This document shows, piece by piece, positions 18,390 to 28,666 of a stretch of DNA of 59,268 bases. Both the position numbers and the translations under genes were made by a program. Source of the DNA: Patescibacteria group bacterium (lineage in GTDB: Bacteria > Patescibacteriota > Minisyncoccia > Minisyncoccales > RBG-13-36-15); NCBI GenBank assembly GCA_022574775.1, contig JACZRI010000004.1, forward strand, positions 1 through 59,268, given 5' to 3'. The notes beneath the pieces are model-generated. The model ran no database searches, was not told the origin of the DNA, and was given only the letters and a program-made list of their open reading frames with translations. Within the stretch, counting starts at the first letter, position 1. Each line of letters begins with the position of its first letter.

Positions 18390-20801
18390 TTATCGCTTTC
18401 TCCGCAGCGCTTTTTCCTTTTTGGCGATGATTAGGGTGGTGGCAATGACTGTATCCGGGTTCAAAGAAATTGAGTCAATCCCCTGTTCAACCAAGAATTC
18501 AGCAAATTCTGGATAGGTGCTGGGCGCCTCGCCGCAAATACCGATATATTTTTTTCTTTTTTTGCAATCTGCAATCACTTTTTTAATGAGATTTTTTACA
18601 GCAGGGTTTCTTTCGTCTCCAACCTCATTAACTATTGCCGAATCTCTGCCTAATCCTAAAACTAATTGGGTTAAGTCATTAGAGCCAATACTCATACCGT
18701 CAAAAATGTCTAAAAACTGATCGGCCAAAATTATATTTGAAGGAATTTCACACATCATATAAACTTTCAAGCCATCTTTTCCGCTTTTTAACCCATATTC
18801 TTTCATTAATTTTAACACTTTTTCTCCTTCCTCAACAGTCCTGCAAAACGGAATCATTACCAAGAGATTTTTTAATCCGAACTTTTCCCTCACTTTTTTT
18901 ATCGCCTCACATTCCATCTTAAATGCCGGCTTAAACTTTTTATCGTAATATCTTGATGCTCCACGCCAGCCAAGCATCGGGTTTGCTTCAACCGGTTCGA
19001 AAAGTTCTCCGCCAATCAGTTCGCTGTATTCATTTGTTTTAAAGTCAGAAAATCTGATAATCACAGGTTTTGGATAAAAGGCTGCTGCAATCTTGGCTAT
19101 TCCCTGCGAAAGTTTGTCAATATAATAATCTTTTTTGTCATCATACCCGATTGTAAGCTTTGAAATTTTGTTTTTTAGCTTTTTATCCTTTAGCTTTTCA
19201 AAATGGTAAAGCGCTAAAGGATGGATTTGTATTTTGGAAGCAATGATAAATTCTTCTCTGGCCAATCCTATCCCAGAATTTGGCAGAAAAGATTTTGCAA
19301 AAGCAGAGTCCGGGTGTCCGATATTCATCATAATCTCTGTTTTTGTCTTCGGGATTTTTTTGAGATTATATTTTCTAATTTCAAATTCTAGCTTTCCAGA
19401 GAGAATTCTTCCGTTCTGTCCTTCGGAACAATCTACGGTAATCATTTTGCCGGTTTTTAAAACTTTGGTTGCATTTTGTGTTCCCACAACTGCCGGAATT
19501 CCAAGCTCGCGAGATATAATTGCCGCATGACTGGTACGAGAACCAGAATCGGTAATGATGGCTTTGGCAATTTTCATTATCGGTTCCCAATCAGGGTCAG
19601 TGATTTTGGTAACCAAGATCTCTCCAGGCTTGAACTGTCTTATTTTTGAAGCATCAGAAATCACTCTTGTTTTTCCAGAGGCTATTTTTGAGCCTATTGC
19701 TTCTCCTTCCAAAATAAGCTTCCCTTTTTCCTTTAAAACATACTGGCTGAAGCTTGTAATCTCTTTTGTGGCATGAATAGTTTCAGGCCTTGCCTGCACA
19801 ATAAATAACTGGTTTAATTTCCCGTCTTTTGCCCACTCAATATCTTGAGGCATCCACCTCTTCATCTTTTTTGAATAATGACTTTCAATAATTGTGCCCC
19901 ATTTCGCTAATTTTAAAATTTCTTTATCTGATAAGGTGAACTTGTTTCTATTTGCGTGGGAGACTGAAGTGATCTTTGTCTCTTTCTTGGAATAAATCAG
20001 TTTTTTCCTTTTTGTTCCTAAATCTTTAGAAATTATGGGAGCAAAGCCTTTCTTTAAGGTCGGCTTGAAAACCAAAAATTCATCAGCAATGACTTTTCCT
20101 TTTACAATCATTTCTCCCAATCCCCAGGCGCTGTTAATAAGAACAATATCCTTAAATCCTGTCTCTGTGTCTAAGGTAAACATTACTCCAGCTGAAGCTA
20201 AATCTGATCTCACCATTTTTTGAACTCCGACTGATAAAGCTACCTTGAAATGATCAAAGCCTTTCTCTTCCCGATAAGAAATAGCCCGGTCATTAAACAA
20301 AGAAGCTATGCATTTTTTGACAGCCTCTAATAATTCTTCCTTTCCCTTGATGTTTAAATAACTCTCGTGCAGGCCAGCAAAGGAGGCTTTGGGAAGATCT
20401 TCAGCTGTTGCAGAACTTCTTACTGCTACATCTATGCCTTTTTGCTCTCCATATTCTTTACTCAATCTTCTGTAAGCTTTTATTATTTCTTTCTTGAAGT
20501 CTTCTGAAAATTCAGCTTTTAAGATTAAACTTCTTGCTTCTTTCCCAACTTTTTGCAAACTTCTTATATTATGGACATTAAGCGTTTTAAAAACTTCTTT
20601 TAGCCTTGGTAAGATTTTATTCTTCTTTAAGAAATATTGATAAGAATATGACGTGGTACAAAATCCATTGGGAATATTAATTCCTTTTTTTTGCAATTGT
20701 GAAAACATTTCTCCCAGAGAGGCATTTTTTCCTCCAACCAAAGCAACATCTTTTGAGCTAATCTCTTTGAACCATAAGATATCTTTTTTAGATTTTTCCA
20801 T
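18390..20801 (-). CDS. ppsA: phosphoenolpyruvate synthase (pyruvate, water dikinase)
   Basis: 803 aa with an ATP-grasp N-terminus, the swivel His motif GSRTSHAAIISRELGIPAVVG and a C-terminal PEP-binding TIM barrel. Confidence 0.9.
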   Translation of the reverse strand: MEKSKKDILWFKEISSKDVALVGGKNASLGEMFSQLQKKGINIPNGFCTTSYSYQYFLKKNKILPRLKEVFKTLNVHNIRSLQKVGKEARSLILKAEFSEDFKKEIIKAYRRLSKEYGEQKGIDVAVRSSATAEDLPKASFAGLHESYLNIKGKEELLEAVKKCIASLFNDRAISYREEKGFDHFKVALSVGVQKMVRSDLASAGVMFTLDTETGFKDIVLINSAWGLGEMIVKGKVIADEFLVFKPTLKKGFAPIISKDLGTKRKKLIYSKKETKITSVSHANRNKFTLSDKEILKLAKWGTIIESHYSKKMKRWMPQDIEWAKDGKLNQLFIVQARPETIHATKEITSFSQYVLKEKGKLILEGEAIGSKIASGKTRVISDASKIRQFKPGEILVTKITDPDWEPIMKIAKAIITDSGSRTSHAAIISRELGIPAVVGTQNATKVLKTGKMITVDCSEGQNGRILSGKLEFEIRKYNLKKIPKTKTEIMMNIGHPDSAFAKSFLPNSGIGLAREEFIIASKIQIHPLALYHFEKLKDKKLKNKISKLTIGYDDKKDYYIDKLSQGIAKIAAAFYPKPVIIRFSDFKTNEYSELIGGELFEPVEANPMLGWRGASRYYDKKFKPAFKMECEAIKKVREKFGLKNLLVMIPFCRTVEEGEKVLKLMKEYGLKSGKDGLKVYMMCEIPSNIILADQFLDIFDGMSIGSNDLTQLVLGLGRDSAIVNEVGDERNPAVKNLIKKVIADCKKRKKYIGICGEAPSTYPEFAEFLVEQGIDSISLNPDTVIATTLIIAKKEKALRRKR

Positions 20802-20829
20802 TTTAAATTAATAAATGAATTTTCATCCT

Positions 20830-21324
20830 TTATTCACATGTATGAACTCGTCCGAAGGAAGAACAGATAGGGTTATTATCATACTGGGCAGACCTAAGCT
20901 TATAATCTACACACCACCATTCCCCAGAATTCAATTGAACCTCAGCACAATACTTGAGATTACCAGAAGATCTGTTGATAGACACTGTACTTCCCTGGTC
21001 ACTAATATCATTGCAGAGCGCTACGATATTACTATCAGGATCAAATCCACCACATCTTACAGTACCGTAATCGCCATCGCCAGAAAAGATAAGTTCAGCT
21101 GTGTTCCGAATCTGATGCATATTAACCATAATTTTTGCATCTTTTGCTCTATCTCTTGCTCCACCCAAAGCTACCAATACAATACCAGCTAAAATACCGA
21201 TAATAGCAATAACCACCAAAAGCTCAATAAGGGTAAACCCCGTTAAAGGTTTGATTGTTTTACGCTTCTCCTTTGCCTTTGTAACCCATAAGGGGATAAT
21301 AAAGTTTCTCCCTATTCTTTTCAT
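20830..21324 (-). CDS. type IV pilin-like protein (prepilin N-terminal methylation motif)
   Basis: ..G/FTLIELLVVIAIIGILAGIVLVAL.. after an unusually long, basic leader of about 29 aa. C-terminal Cys pair. Its ATG overlaps the acs stop (ATGA). Confidence 0.75.
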   Translation of the reverse strand: MKRIGRNFIIPLWVTKAKEKRKTIKPLTGFTLIELLVVIAIIGILAGIVLVALGGARDRAKDAKIMVNMHQIRNTAELIFSGDGDYGTVRCGGFDPDSNIVALCNDISDQGSTVSINRSSGNLKYCAEVQLNSGEWWCVDYKLRSAQYDNNPICSSFGRVHTCE

Positions 21325-23270
21325 TTCGCAATTATTTCCTTGATTTTTTTGACGCTTTCAGGGTTGGCCAGAGTGGAAAGATCGCCCAATTCTTCCCCAG
21401 TGAACAATTTTCTTAAAATTCGGCGCATTATTTTACCACTACGAGTTTTTGGAAGATCTGGTACTACATAGACTTTTTTTGGCAAAGCAATGGGGCCGAT
21501 TACTTTTCTTATTTCTTCTTTTACTTCTTTTTCTATGTCTTTTTCTTTCTTTTTTTCTTTTGAAACTACAAAGGCTACCGGCACCTCTCCTTTAATTTCA
21601 TCATGTACCCCAACGACTGCAGATTCTGTAATGTCTGGGTGTTGGGCAATGGCATTTTCAAGCTCCCCTGTTGTTATCCGATGGCCAGCTACTTTAATCA
21701 CATCATCCACTCTTCCCACAATTCTGATCAAACCATTTTTGTCTTTATAAGCGGTGTCTGAAGTAAAATATATTTTATTTCCGTATTCCGACCAATAAGT
21801 TTTCAAATATTTTTTTGGATTTTTATAAACTCCTCTCAATAAACTTGGGGCAAAAGGCGGTAAGAGCACTAAATTTCCTTCTTTGCCAGCTGGGAGAGAT
21901 TTGCCTTTATCATCTAAAATATCAAATTTGAGTCCTGGGAAAGGAATACCCGTAAAAGCTGGCTTGAAAGGCCCTATTCCGGGAAGCGATGTAATTAAAA
22001 TACCGCCTGTTTCGGTCTGCCACCAAGTATCAACGATGGGGCATCTTTCTTTTCCAACTTTTTTGAAATACCATTTCCAGGCAGCCGTATCTATTGGTTC
22101 CCCTACTGATCCTAAGATTTGCAGCGTGTCAAATTTGTATTTTTTTATAAGATCTGCCCCGTACTTTTCAAACATCCTGATTGCCGTAGGGGCTGTATAG
22201 AAAGTAGTAACTCCATACTTTTCGATGATTTGAGCCCATCTGTCAGGAGCTGGCCAGTCTGGCGCTCCTTCAAAAATCACAAATGTGGTTCCAGCCAGTA
22301 ATGGTCCGTAACAACTATAAGTATGTCCTGTAACCCAACCCACATCAGCCATTGACCAGAAAATATCATCTTCTTTTAAATCAAAAATCCATTTTGCGGT
22401 AAAGTTCGCCTGCACCATATATCCTCCGGAAGTATGAACTACTCCTTTTGGCTTTCCAGTCGAGCCCGAAGTATAGAGAATAAATAAAGTATCTTCGCTG
22501 TCCATTGTTGCTGGAGGACAAAAATCTTTTTCATTTTTTACTAACTCTTCCCACCAAAAATCACGATTTTTCTGCCAGAAAACTTCGTTTCCGGTTCTTC
22601 TCACCACAATTATTTTCTTAACTTCCGTCCCATTAACCCCTTTATCTGCATTTTGTTTTAAATTTATAACTTTTCCTCTTCTGTAATAACCATCGGATGT
22701 AATTAAAATTTTTGCTTTTGTGTCTTGAAGCCTGATATTCAAAGCCTGGGAAGAGAAGGCAGAAAACACTACCACGTGAATAGCCCCAATTCTTGCGCAA
22801 GCCAACATTGAAATTATCACTTCAGGAATCATTGGCAGATAAATTCCTACCCTATCCCCTTTTTTTACTCCTAATTTTTTAAGAGCGTTTGCAAGTTTAT
22901 TAACTTCTCTATATAAATCATAATACGTGAAATATCTTTCTCTTTCTCCGGTTGGTTCTGGCTCCCAAATAAAAGCTACTTTGTTTTTTTTCTTTTCTAA
23001 ATTGCGGTCTAAGCAGTTTTCAGTAATATTTAATTTTCCGCCAACAAACCATTTAAAATAAGGAGGGTTATGCAAAAATGCTTTTTTCCATTTTTTTTGC
23101 CAGAAAAGCTCTTTAGCCAACTTTTCCCAAAATTTGATTGGGTTCTTGGCTGCTTCTAGATAAATTTTCGAACTATTCAATAAAGCTCTTTTCTTGAATT
23201 CTTTTGTCGGATAATACAAATTACCTTTTTTGATAAGTTTTGATTTATTCATAAATTTAGGTTGTTGCAT
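21321..23270 (-). CDS. acs: acetyl-CoA synthetase (AMP-forming)
   Basis: 649 aa with the AMP-binding motif YTSGSTGKPKG and full-length Acs-like sequence. Ends in TGA. Confidence 0.9.
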   Translation of the reverse strand: MQQPKFMNKSKLIKKGNLYYPTKEFKKRALLNSSKIYLEAAKNPIKFWEKLAKELFWQKKWKKAFLHNPPYFKWFVGGKLNITENCLDRNLEKKKNKVAFIWEPEPTGERERYFTYYDLYREVNKLANALKKLGVKKGDRVGIYLPMIPEVIISMLACARIGAIHVVVFSAFSSQALNIRLQDTKAKILITSDGYYRRGKVINLKQNADKGVNGTEVKKIIVVRRTGNEVFWQKNRDFWWEELVKNEKDFCPPATMDSEDTLFILYTSGSTGKPKGVVHTSGGYMVQANFTAKWIFDLKEDDIFWSMADVGWVTGHTYSCYGPLLAGTTFVIFEGAPDWPAPDRWAQIIEKYGVTTFYTAPTAIRMFEKYGADLIKKYKFDTLQILGSVGEPIDTAAWKWYFKKVGKERCPIVDTWWQTETGGILITSLPGIGPFKPAFTGIPFPGLKFDILDDKGKSLPAGKEGNLVLLPPFAPSLLRGVYKNPKKYLKTYWSEYGNKIYFTSDTAYKDKNGLIRIVGRVDDVIKVAGHRITTGELENAIAQHPDITESAVVGVHDEIKGEVPVAFVVSKEKKKEKDIEKEVKEEIRKVIGPIALPKKVYVVPDLPKTRSGKIMRRILRKLFTGEELGDLSTLANPESVKKIKEIIAK

Positions 23271-23288
23271 AATTTCTGATTCAACTTT

Positions 23289-23297
23289 ATTATACCA
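23289..23297 (-). promoter_or_regulatory. extended -10 promoter TGGTATAAT for acs
   Basis: The minus strand reads ..AGAGTTGGTATAATAAAG.., about 20 nt upstream of the acs ATG. Confidence 0.5.
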
Positions 23298-23341
23298 ACT
23301 CTATATGAATTTAAAAAGTGGAAAGTCACACCATAAATAAA

Positions 23342-23362
23342 TAGCGGGAATTGTTCCCGCTA
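23342..23362 (-). terminator. palindromic terminator (CGGGAA-N-TTCCCG family)
   Basis: TAGCGGGAAttgTTCCCGCTA, followed on the minus strand by TTTATTTAT. Confidence 0.55.
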
Positions 23363-23422
23363 CATTAACTTTATTGACTGGGAAAATACTCTTAGCTGTG
23401 GTTCTTGATTTAGGTGAATATC

Positions 23423-23872
23423 CTACTCGCAAAAATAATAAGGAAAAGGATTCCTGGTGCAGGCAGGACTTGAAGTATATTCCTGTGATTTTAAAATACT
23501 ATCTACGCACCAGAATTTATCGGAATTTAACTTTACTTTCGCGCAATAAACAAGATTAGACGCACTACTATGAATTAAGATCTGCCCTGGGGGAGATTCC
23601 TGGGAAAGGATATCTTTGCAAATGGTCTCAATATCTGAATTAGGGCAATCACACTGAGGAGAAGGAGGTGGCTTACAACCCACATTCCTATAATCTCCAT
23701 CTTCCAGAAAAAGAATTTCAGCTACGGATATCAATTGAATCATGCCAGCAATAATTCTCACATCTTTTGCTCTATTTTTGGCTCCACTTAAGGCTACTAA
23801 AACAATTCCTGATAAAATACCAATGATGGCAATGACTACTAAAAGCTCGATGAGGGTAAAGCCCTTACGCAT
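23423..23872 (-). CDS. type IV pilin-like protein
   Basis: MRKG/FTLIELLVVIAIIGILSGIVLVAL.. It is a paralog of 20830..21324, sharing ..AKD..GDY..V.C.. and a C-terminal C..C.E. Confidence 0.8.
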   Translation of the reverse strand: MRKGFTLIELLVVIAIIGILSGIVLVALSGAKNRAKDVRIIAGMIQLISVAEILFLEDGDYRNVGCKPPPSPQCDCPNSDIETICKDILSQESPPGQILIHSSASNLVYCAKVKLNSDKFWCVDSILKSQEYTSSPACTRNPFPYYFCE

Positions 23873-23910
23873 TAAGTTTATTATATCTTAAACAAGAAGT
23901 TAAAACAAAA

Positions 23911-23937
23911 TAAAAAAACGGGAACTGTTCCCGGCTA
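23911..23937 (-). terminator. palindromic terminator (CGGGAAC-N-GTTCCCG family)
   Basis: The minus strand reads AGCCGGGAACAGTTCCCGTTTTTTTATTTT after the gap stop. Confidence 0.65.
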
Positions 23938-23966
23938 TATTAATTTAAATCTTTCTAAATAAAGAA

Positions 23967-24974
23967 TTATAGTTTTTTTCCAACATATTCTGTGAATTCT
24001 GCAAGCCTGCAAGCATAAGCCCATTCGTTATCATACCATGCAACAATTTTTACTAAGTTGTCTTTTACCATAGTCAAAGAACTGTCAATAATGGCAGAAA
24101 ATGAATTTCCAACGTAATCAGAGGAAACTAATTGAGCGTCTTCTACTCCTAAGATTCCCTCAAGATTTTTGGTTTTAGAAGCTTGTTTGAACACATAATT
24201 TACTTCTTCAGCCGTAGTTTTTTTCTCCACTTCACAAATTAAATCCAAAATCGAAACACTCGGACTGGGAATTCGAAAAGCAATGCCGTCCAACTTTCCG
24301 TCAATTTCGGGGATAATTTTGCCAATGGCTTTTGCAGCTCCTGTACTCGTTGGAATAATATTTATGGCAGCTGCCCTGCCTCTTCTTAAATCTTTGTGAG
24401 GCAAATCCAAAATTTTTTGATCATTAGTATAACTGTGGCAGGTAGTCATAAAACCTTTAACTATTTTAAAATTGTCGTTCAAAACTTTACTTACTGGGGC
24501 CAAACAATTAGTTGTGCAAGAAGCCATTGATATTATATTATCCGTTTTTGAGTTATATGTTTCCTCGTTAACTCCTAAGACAAACATTTTTACCTCTGGA
24601 CTTTTGCATGGAGCAGAAATTATTACTTTCTTAACTCCAGCTGATAAATGTTTTTTTGCGCCTTCGTAATCAGTAAAACGGCCAGTACATTCCAAAACAA
24701 TATCTATTCCAAACTCCTTCCAGGGAAGTTTCGCAGGATCTGTTTTTGCCAAAACCTTAATTTCCTTTCTATTAATTAAAATAGAATTTTCAGTAGAATC
24801 TACTTGTTTATCGTAAATTCCATACACAGAATCATATCTTAGCAAATGAGCTAATGTTTTGGTGTCTGTCAAGTCATTAATTACAACTACGTCCAAATCC
24901 GGATGGTCTTTTAAAATTTTCTTGAACGTTGGCCGTCCGATCCTTCCAAAACCATTGATTGCAATTTTTACCAT
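23967..24974 (-). CDS. gap: glyceraldehyde-3-phosphate dehydrogenase, type I
   Basis: INGFGRIGR NAD motif and the active-site SCTTNCLAP. Confidence 0.9.
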   Translation of the reverse strand: MVKIAINGFGRIGRPTFKKILKDHPDLDVVVINDLTDTKTLAHLLRYDSVYGIYDKQVDSTENSILINRKEIKVLAKTDPAKLPWKEFGIDIVLECTGRFTDYEGAKKHLSAGVKKVIISAPCKSPEVKMFVLGVNEETYNSKTDNIISMASCTTNCLAPVSKVLNDNFKIVKGFMTTCHSYTNDQKILDLPHKDLRRGRAAAINIIPTSTGAAKAIGKIIPEIDGKLDGIAFRIPSPSVSILDLICEVEKKTTAEEVNYVFKQASKTKNLEGILGVEDAQLVSSDYVGNSFSAIIDSSLTMVKDNLVKIVAWYDNEWAYACRLAEFTEYVGKKL

Positions 24975-24986
24975 AATTTCTTTAAA

Positions 24987-25220
24987 TTACTCTTTAATAT
25001 TTAAAAGCTCGGAAATTTTGTTCTTATCAAATCCTACTATGATTTGGCCGTCAATTTCAGTGACAGGCACTCCCATCTGACCTGATTTTTGAACCATTTC
25101 TTCCAAAGCCTTTTTATCTTCACCGACATTAATATCTTCAAACTCAATATTATGTTCTGTTAAGAACTTTTTTAGAGTGATGCAATAAACACAGGTAGGA
25201 GTTGAAAAAATTTTAACCAT
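24987..25220 (-). CDS. glutaredoxin-like (NrdH/YruB-type) small redoxin
   Basis: 77 aa with a CVYC active site and ..GVPVT..DG..IVGFD.. Confidence 0.75.
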   Translation of the reverse strand: MVKIFSTPTCVYCITLKKFLTEHNIEFEDINVGEDKKALEEMVQKSGQMGVPVTEIDGQIIVGFDKNKISELLNIKE

Positions 25221-25280
25221 ATTTTTATTATTTAGCCTTTAATATATTTTACCATATATTCTTTCTTGCAACAAAATCTA

Positions 25281-26477
25281 TTATTTTGCCAGAGTCAAAA
25301 TTTTCGGCATCACATTTAACCCTTTCATTTTTCCAAATCCACCCTTTTTACACGCTCTTTCTCCAAATTCTCGAACTTTATCTTTTTCTTTACCATAGAC
25401 TAAAATTGGCACAGGCTCCAAACAATGACCCTTAATAAGGGAACAAGTGGCATGATCCCCTGTAATAATAATTAAGGTATTTTTTAAATTTTTTAAAATA
25501 TTTAAATTCCTGTCAATTTTCTCAATAAATTTCTTTTTCCCAAGGAAATTCCCGTCTTCTCCAAAGCTATCCACAGCTTTTATATGACAAAAAATAAAAT
25601 CGTATTTTCCTAAAGATTTTTTGACAGCCAGAAATTTCCTTTTTAAGTCAGTATTAGCGAAACCAGTAGCTCCTTTAACATTTATCAATGTCATTCCCAG
25701 AATCCTTCCTATTCCTTTATATAGCGTGCCTCCCGCAACACAACAAGCCTTCAATTTATATTTCTGATAAAAACTGATTGTTCTTCTAAATTTCCCTGCC
25801 CCCCTGAGTAATAAATAGTTTGCCGGCAGCTTATTTTCTTTTATTCTTTTTTTATTTAATGTATGATTTTTTAAAGTCTGATGAGCCTTGCTTAAAAATT
25901 CATTTAAAACTTTTGCTGTAAATCTAGCCCCATTGGATTTATTTCTTGGAATTATTTTCTTAATCTGTACCCCAATTTTATGGGGATCGGAATCTGAAAT
26001 TTTATCAGAAAGATTTTTTCCGCGTAAAATTACCACTGCCCGATGGCCAAAAGATTTCTTTACCAAAAATTTAATCCCGCCAATTGTTATTCCGTTAAGA
26101 GTTTTTATCAAAGATTCAGTCTCTGTTATTCTCCCTGCCCTTCTGTCAATTACCTTAAGCTTTCTATCTACCGTAGCAAAATTTGCCCTGAGGGTTACAT
26201 CTCCCTTTTTTAAATCAAAGCTAATTCCAGCTGCCTCATATGGCCCTCTGCCTAAATAATAAGTTTTTGGATTATAGCCGAATAAAGCTAAATGAGCTGT
26301 GTCTGAGCGAGGATATTTTTGCCAGGGAAAATAAAAAGGGTTTACCAGACCACACATTCCATTTTTAGCCAAAAAATCTAAGTTTGGTGTTTTCGCGGCC
26401 TCTAGCGGAGTTTTGTTATGTAATTCAGGAATGGATCTATCACCAAGCCCATCAATAATAAGCAAAACGATCTTCAT
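25281..26477 (-). CDS. apgM: cofactor-independent phosphoglycerate mutase, archaeal type
   Basis: MKIVLLIIDGLGD.. metal site and ..ITGDHA.., length about 400 aa. Confidence 0.8.
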   Translation of the reverse strand: MKIVLLIIDGLGDRSIPELHNKTPLEAAKTPNLDFLAKNGMCGLVNPFYFPWQKYPRSDTAHLALFGYNPKTYYLGRGPYEAAGISFDLKKGDVTLRANFATVDRKLKVIDRRAGRITETESLIKTLNGITIGGIKFLVKKSFGHRAVVILRGKNLSDKISDSDPHKIGVQIKKIIPRNKSNGARFTAKVLNEFLSKAHQTLKNHTLNKKRIKENKLPANYLLLRGAGKFRRTISFYQKYKLKACCVAGGTLYKGIGRILGMTLINVKGATGFANTDLKRKFLAVKKSLGKYDFIFCHIKAVDSFGEDGNFLGKKKFIEKIDRNLNILKNLKNTLIIITGDHATCSLIKGHCLEPVPILVYGKEKDKVREFGERACKKGGFGKMKGLNVMPKILTLAK

Positions 26478-26510
26478 TTTAGGAATTAGATATTAAAAAT
26501 TAGAAATTAT

Positions 26511-27758
26511 TTATATTTCTTCTTCAATTTTCAATAGCCTATCATATTTTGCCATTCTCTCTTTTTTCTCTCTGATTGGCGCGCCTGCTTTAATGAAATC
26601 AGCAGAAATTCCTACTGCAAAATCTGCAATGAAATAATCATTGGTTTCTCCGGAACGATGGGAAGCCATTATTTTCCAGTCAAAGCTTTGTGCTAATTTT
26701 GTGGCCTCTATTGTCTCAGTCACAGTTCCTATCTGATTTGGTTTAATAATGGCGGCGTTACAAAGATTTTCTTCTTTTGCTATTTTCATGCGTTCTGGAT
26801 TCGTTGTCAATAAATCATCACCAATAATTAAAACTTCAGACTTCAAACTTTCAACTTCAGACTTCAACATTTTCCATCCTTCCCAGTCATCTTCTGAAAA
26901 AGGGTCTTCAATAGCGAAAATTGGATATTTTTCAAAAAGTTTTTGATAAAAACTTGAAAGACCATTTTTCATAATATTTTCTCTATCAAATTGATAAACT
27001 CCATCTTGATAAAAAGAGGAAGCTGCTACATCAAGCAGGATTTTAACTTTTTCTTCATACCCTGCTGCTTGTATAGCTTTCAGGATTAAATCTAAGGGTT
27101 CTTTTGTATATTTTAAAGTCGGAACTGTAAAACCTCCTTCCAAGCCGACATTTATCGCTGGTTTTCCGTATTCTTTTTCAAGAATTGAACCCAATGTATG
27201 ATAAATTTCAACTCCAATTCGTAAGTGTTCTTTGAAAGAATTTCCCTTGGGGGATATCATAAATTCTTGGACTGATAATGCGTTGCCAGCATGAAGCCCT
27301 CCTTCAATAAGTAAAAAACAAGGGCTGGGGAGATTAATTGTTAAATTTGAAACCCTGGCAATATACTGATAAAGGGGTAAATTATTAGCAGAAGCTCCGG
27401 CTCGGCATACAGCTATAGATACAGGTAAAATAGCATTGGCGCCTAATTTTGATTTATTTTTTGTCCCATCAAGCTCAATTAAAATTTGGTCAATCTTTTT
27501 CTGTTCTGTCACATCTTGCCCTTGAAGTTTTTCGGCTATAACTTCATTCACATTCTTTACAGCTTTCAACACCCCTTTTCCTTGATAACGTTCCTTTCTA
27601 TCTCTTAATTCCGCTGCTTCATATTTTCCTGTTGAGGTTCCTGAAGGAACTGAAGAAAAAAAAGAACCCTGGTCAGTAATAAGTTGTACTTCAACTGTAG
27701 GTTCTCCCTTGGAATTTAAAATCTCCTTCGCTTTCAAGCTTTTTATTTTAGATTTCAT
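26511..27758 (-). CDS. eno: enolase
   Basis: ..SHRSGETND.., ..IKPNQIGT.. and other canonical enolase motifs. Confidence 0.9.
   Translation of the reverse strand: MKSKIKSLKAKEILNSKGEPTVEVQLITDQGSFFSSVPSGTSTGKYEAAELRDRKERYQGKGVLKAVKNVNEVIAEKLQGQDVTEQKKIDQILIELDGTKNKSKLGANAILPVSIAVCRAGASANNLPLYQYIARVSNLTINLPSPCFLLIEGGLHAGNALSVQEFMISPKGNSFKEHLRIGVEIYHTLGSILEKEYGKPAINVGLEGGFTVPTLKYTKEPLDLILKAIQAAGYEEKVKILLDVAASSFYQDGVYQFDRENIMKNGLSSFYQKLFEKYPIFAIEDPFSEDDWEGWKMLKSEVESLKSEVLIIGDDLLTTNPERMKIAKEENLCNAAIIKPNQIGTVTETIEATKLAQSFDWKIMASHRSGETNDYFIADFAVGISADFIKAGAPIREKKERMAKYDRLLKIEEEI
26832..26867 (-). repeat. 21-nt in-frame tandem duplication inside eno
   Basis: AACTTCAGACTTCAA occurs at 26832 and 26853 (period 21 nt) and encodes LKSEVES-LKSEV in the enolase. 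Confidence 0.6.
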
Positions 27759-27761
27759 TTT

Positions 27762-28634
27762 TCATTTTAAGACCTCGGGTATTTCCTCTATTAAATCAGT
27801 GGCCGTTAGGGATTCTCCTAATTTTTTAGCTGATATTTCACCAGCTAAGCCATTAATATAGGCTGCGGCTTGCCCTGCCTCAAAAGGAGATATGCCTCGC
27901 GCAAGCAAAGCTCCTGCAATTCCTGCGAGAGTATCACCAGTTCCGCCAACAGTCAAAAAAGAGGTGCCAGTTTTATTCAAAGCCACTTCTTGTCCGTTTG
28001 AAATTATATCTATCTCTCCTTTAAGTAAAATTGTAGTTTGTAATCTTTGAGCCTCTTCCTGAACAATTTTTATTTTTTCCTCATCGGTTTTTCCAAATAC
28101 CTCTTTCCCAGTTAAAATGGAAAACTCATAACTATGAGGGGTAAATAGAAATAGTTTGCCAGAGATTATTTCTGGTTTGTTATATACAGCATGAATTGCA
28201 TCTGCATCGATTACACAGGGGATATCGACATTAGAAATTTCAGAAAGGAAATCTACGATTACTTCCTGAGTCTCTTGCGACCTTCCCATTCCACCTCCGA
28301 TAACTACCGCTGCTTTTCCTCTCGCTACTTCTTTTGCCCCTTTTGTCATTTCAAGTAAGGTGGCCAAATGTTCTTTCGTTAGCAAATCCCCTTTTAGAGG
28401 ATAAGCTGCTAAATTCGGAGTAAAGGAAGCAATAATATCTGCTGCTCGTTTTGGAGCAATAATTCTTACCATATCTACTCCCGAGTGAAAAGCAGCGAGA
28501 GAAGATAACGCAGGAGGTCCTGAATAAAATTCAGAGCCTCCAATGACGATCAATAAGCCATAATCATATTTTCTTCTTACATTTGGCCTTTTTGGATAAA
28601 TATTTTTTAGGATATCTTTTGATACTTCAATCAT
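27762..28634 (-). CDS. NAD(P)H-hydrate dehydratase (YjeF C-terminal domain family)
   Basis: GGGMGRS and GGTGDTLAG motifs of the carbohydrate-kinase-like NnrD family. Confidence 0.8.
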   Translation of the reverse strand: MIEVSKDILKNIYPKRPNVRRKYDYGLLIVIGGSEFYSGPPALSSLAAFHSGVDMVRIIAPKRAADIIASFTPNLAAYPLKGDLLTKEHLATLLEMTKGAKEVARGKAAVVIGGGMGRSQETQEVIVDFLSEISNVDIPCVIDADAIHAVYNKPEIISGKLFLFTPHSYEFSILTGKEVFGKTDEEKIKIVQEEAQRLQTTILLKGEIDIISNGQEVALNKTGTSFLTVGGTGDTLAGIAGALLARGISPFEAGQAAAYINGLAGEISAKKLGESLTATDLIEEIPEVLK

Positions 28635-28666
28635 AAATCATACAAACATTCAAACAAATACTAAAT

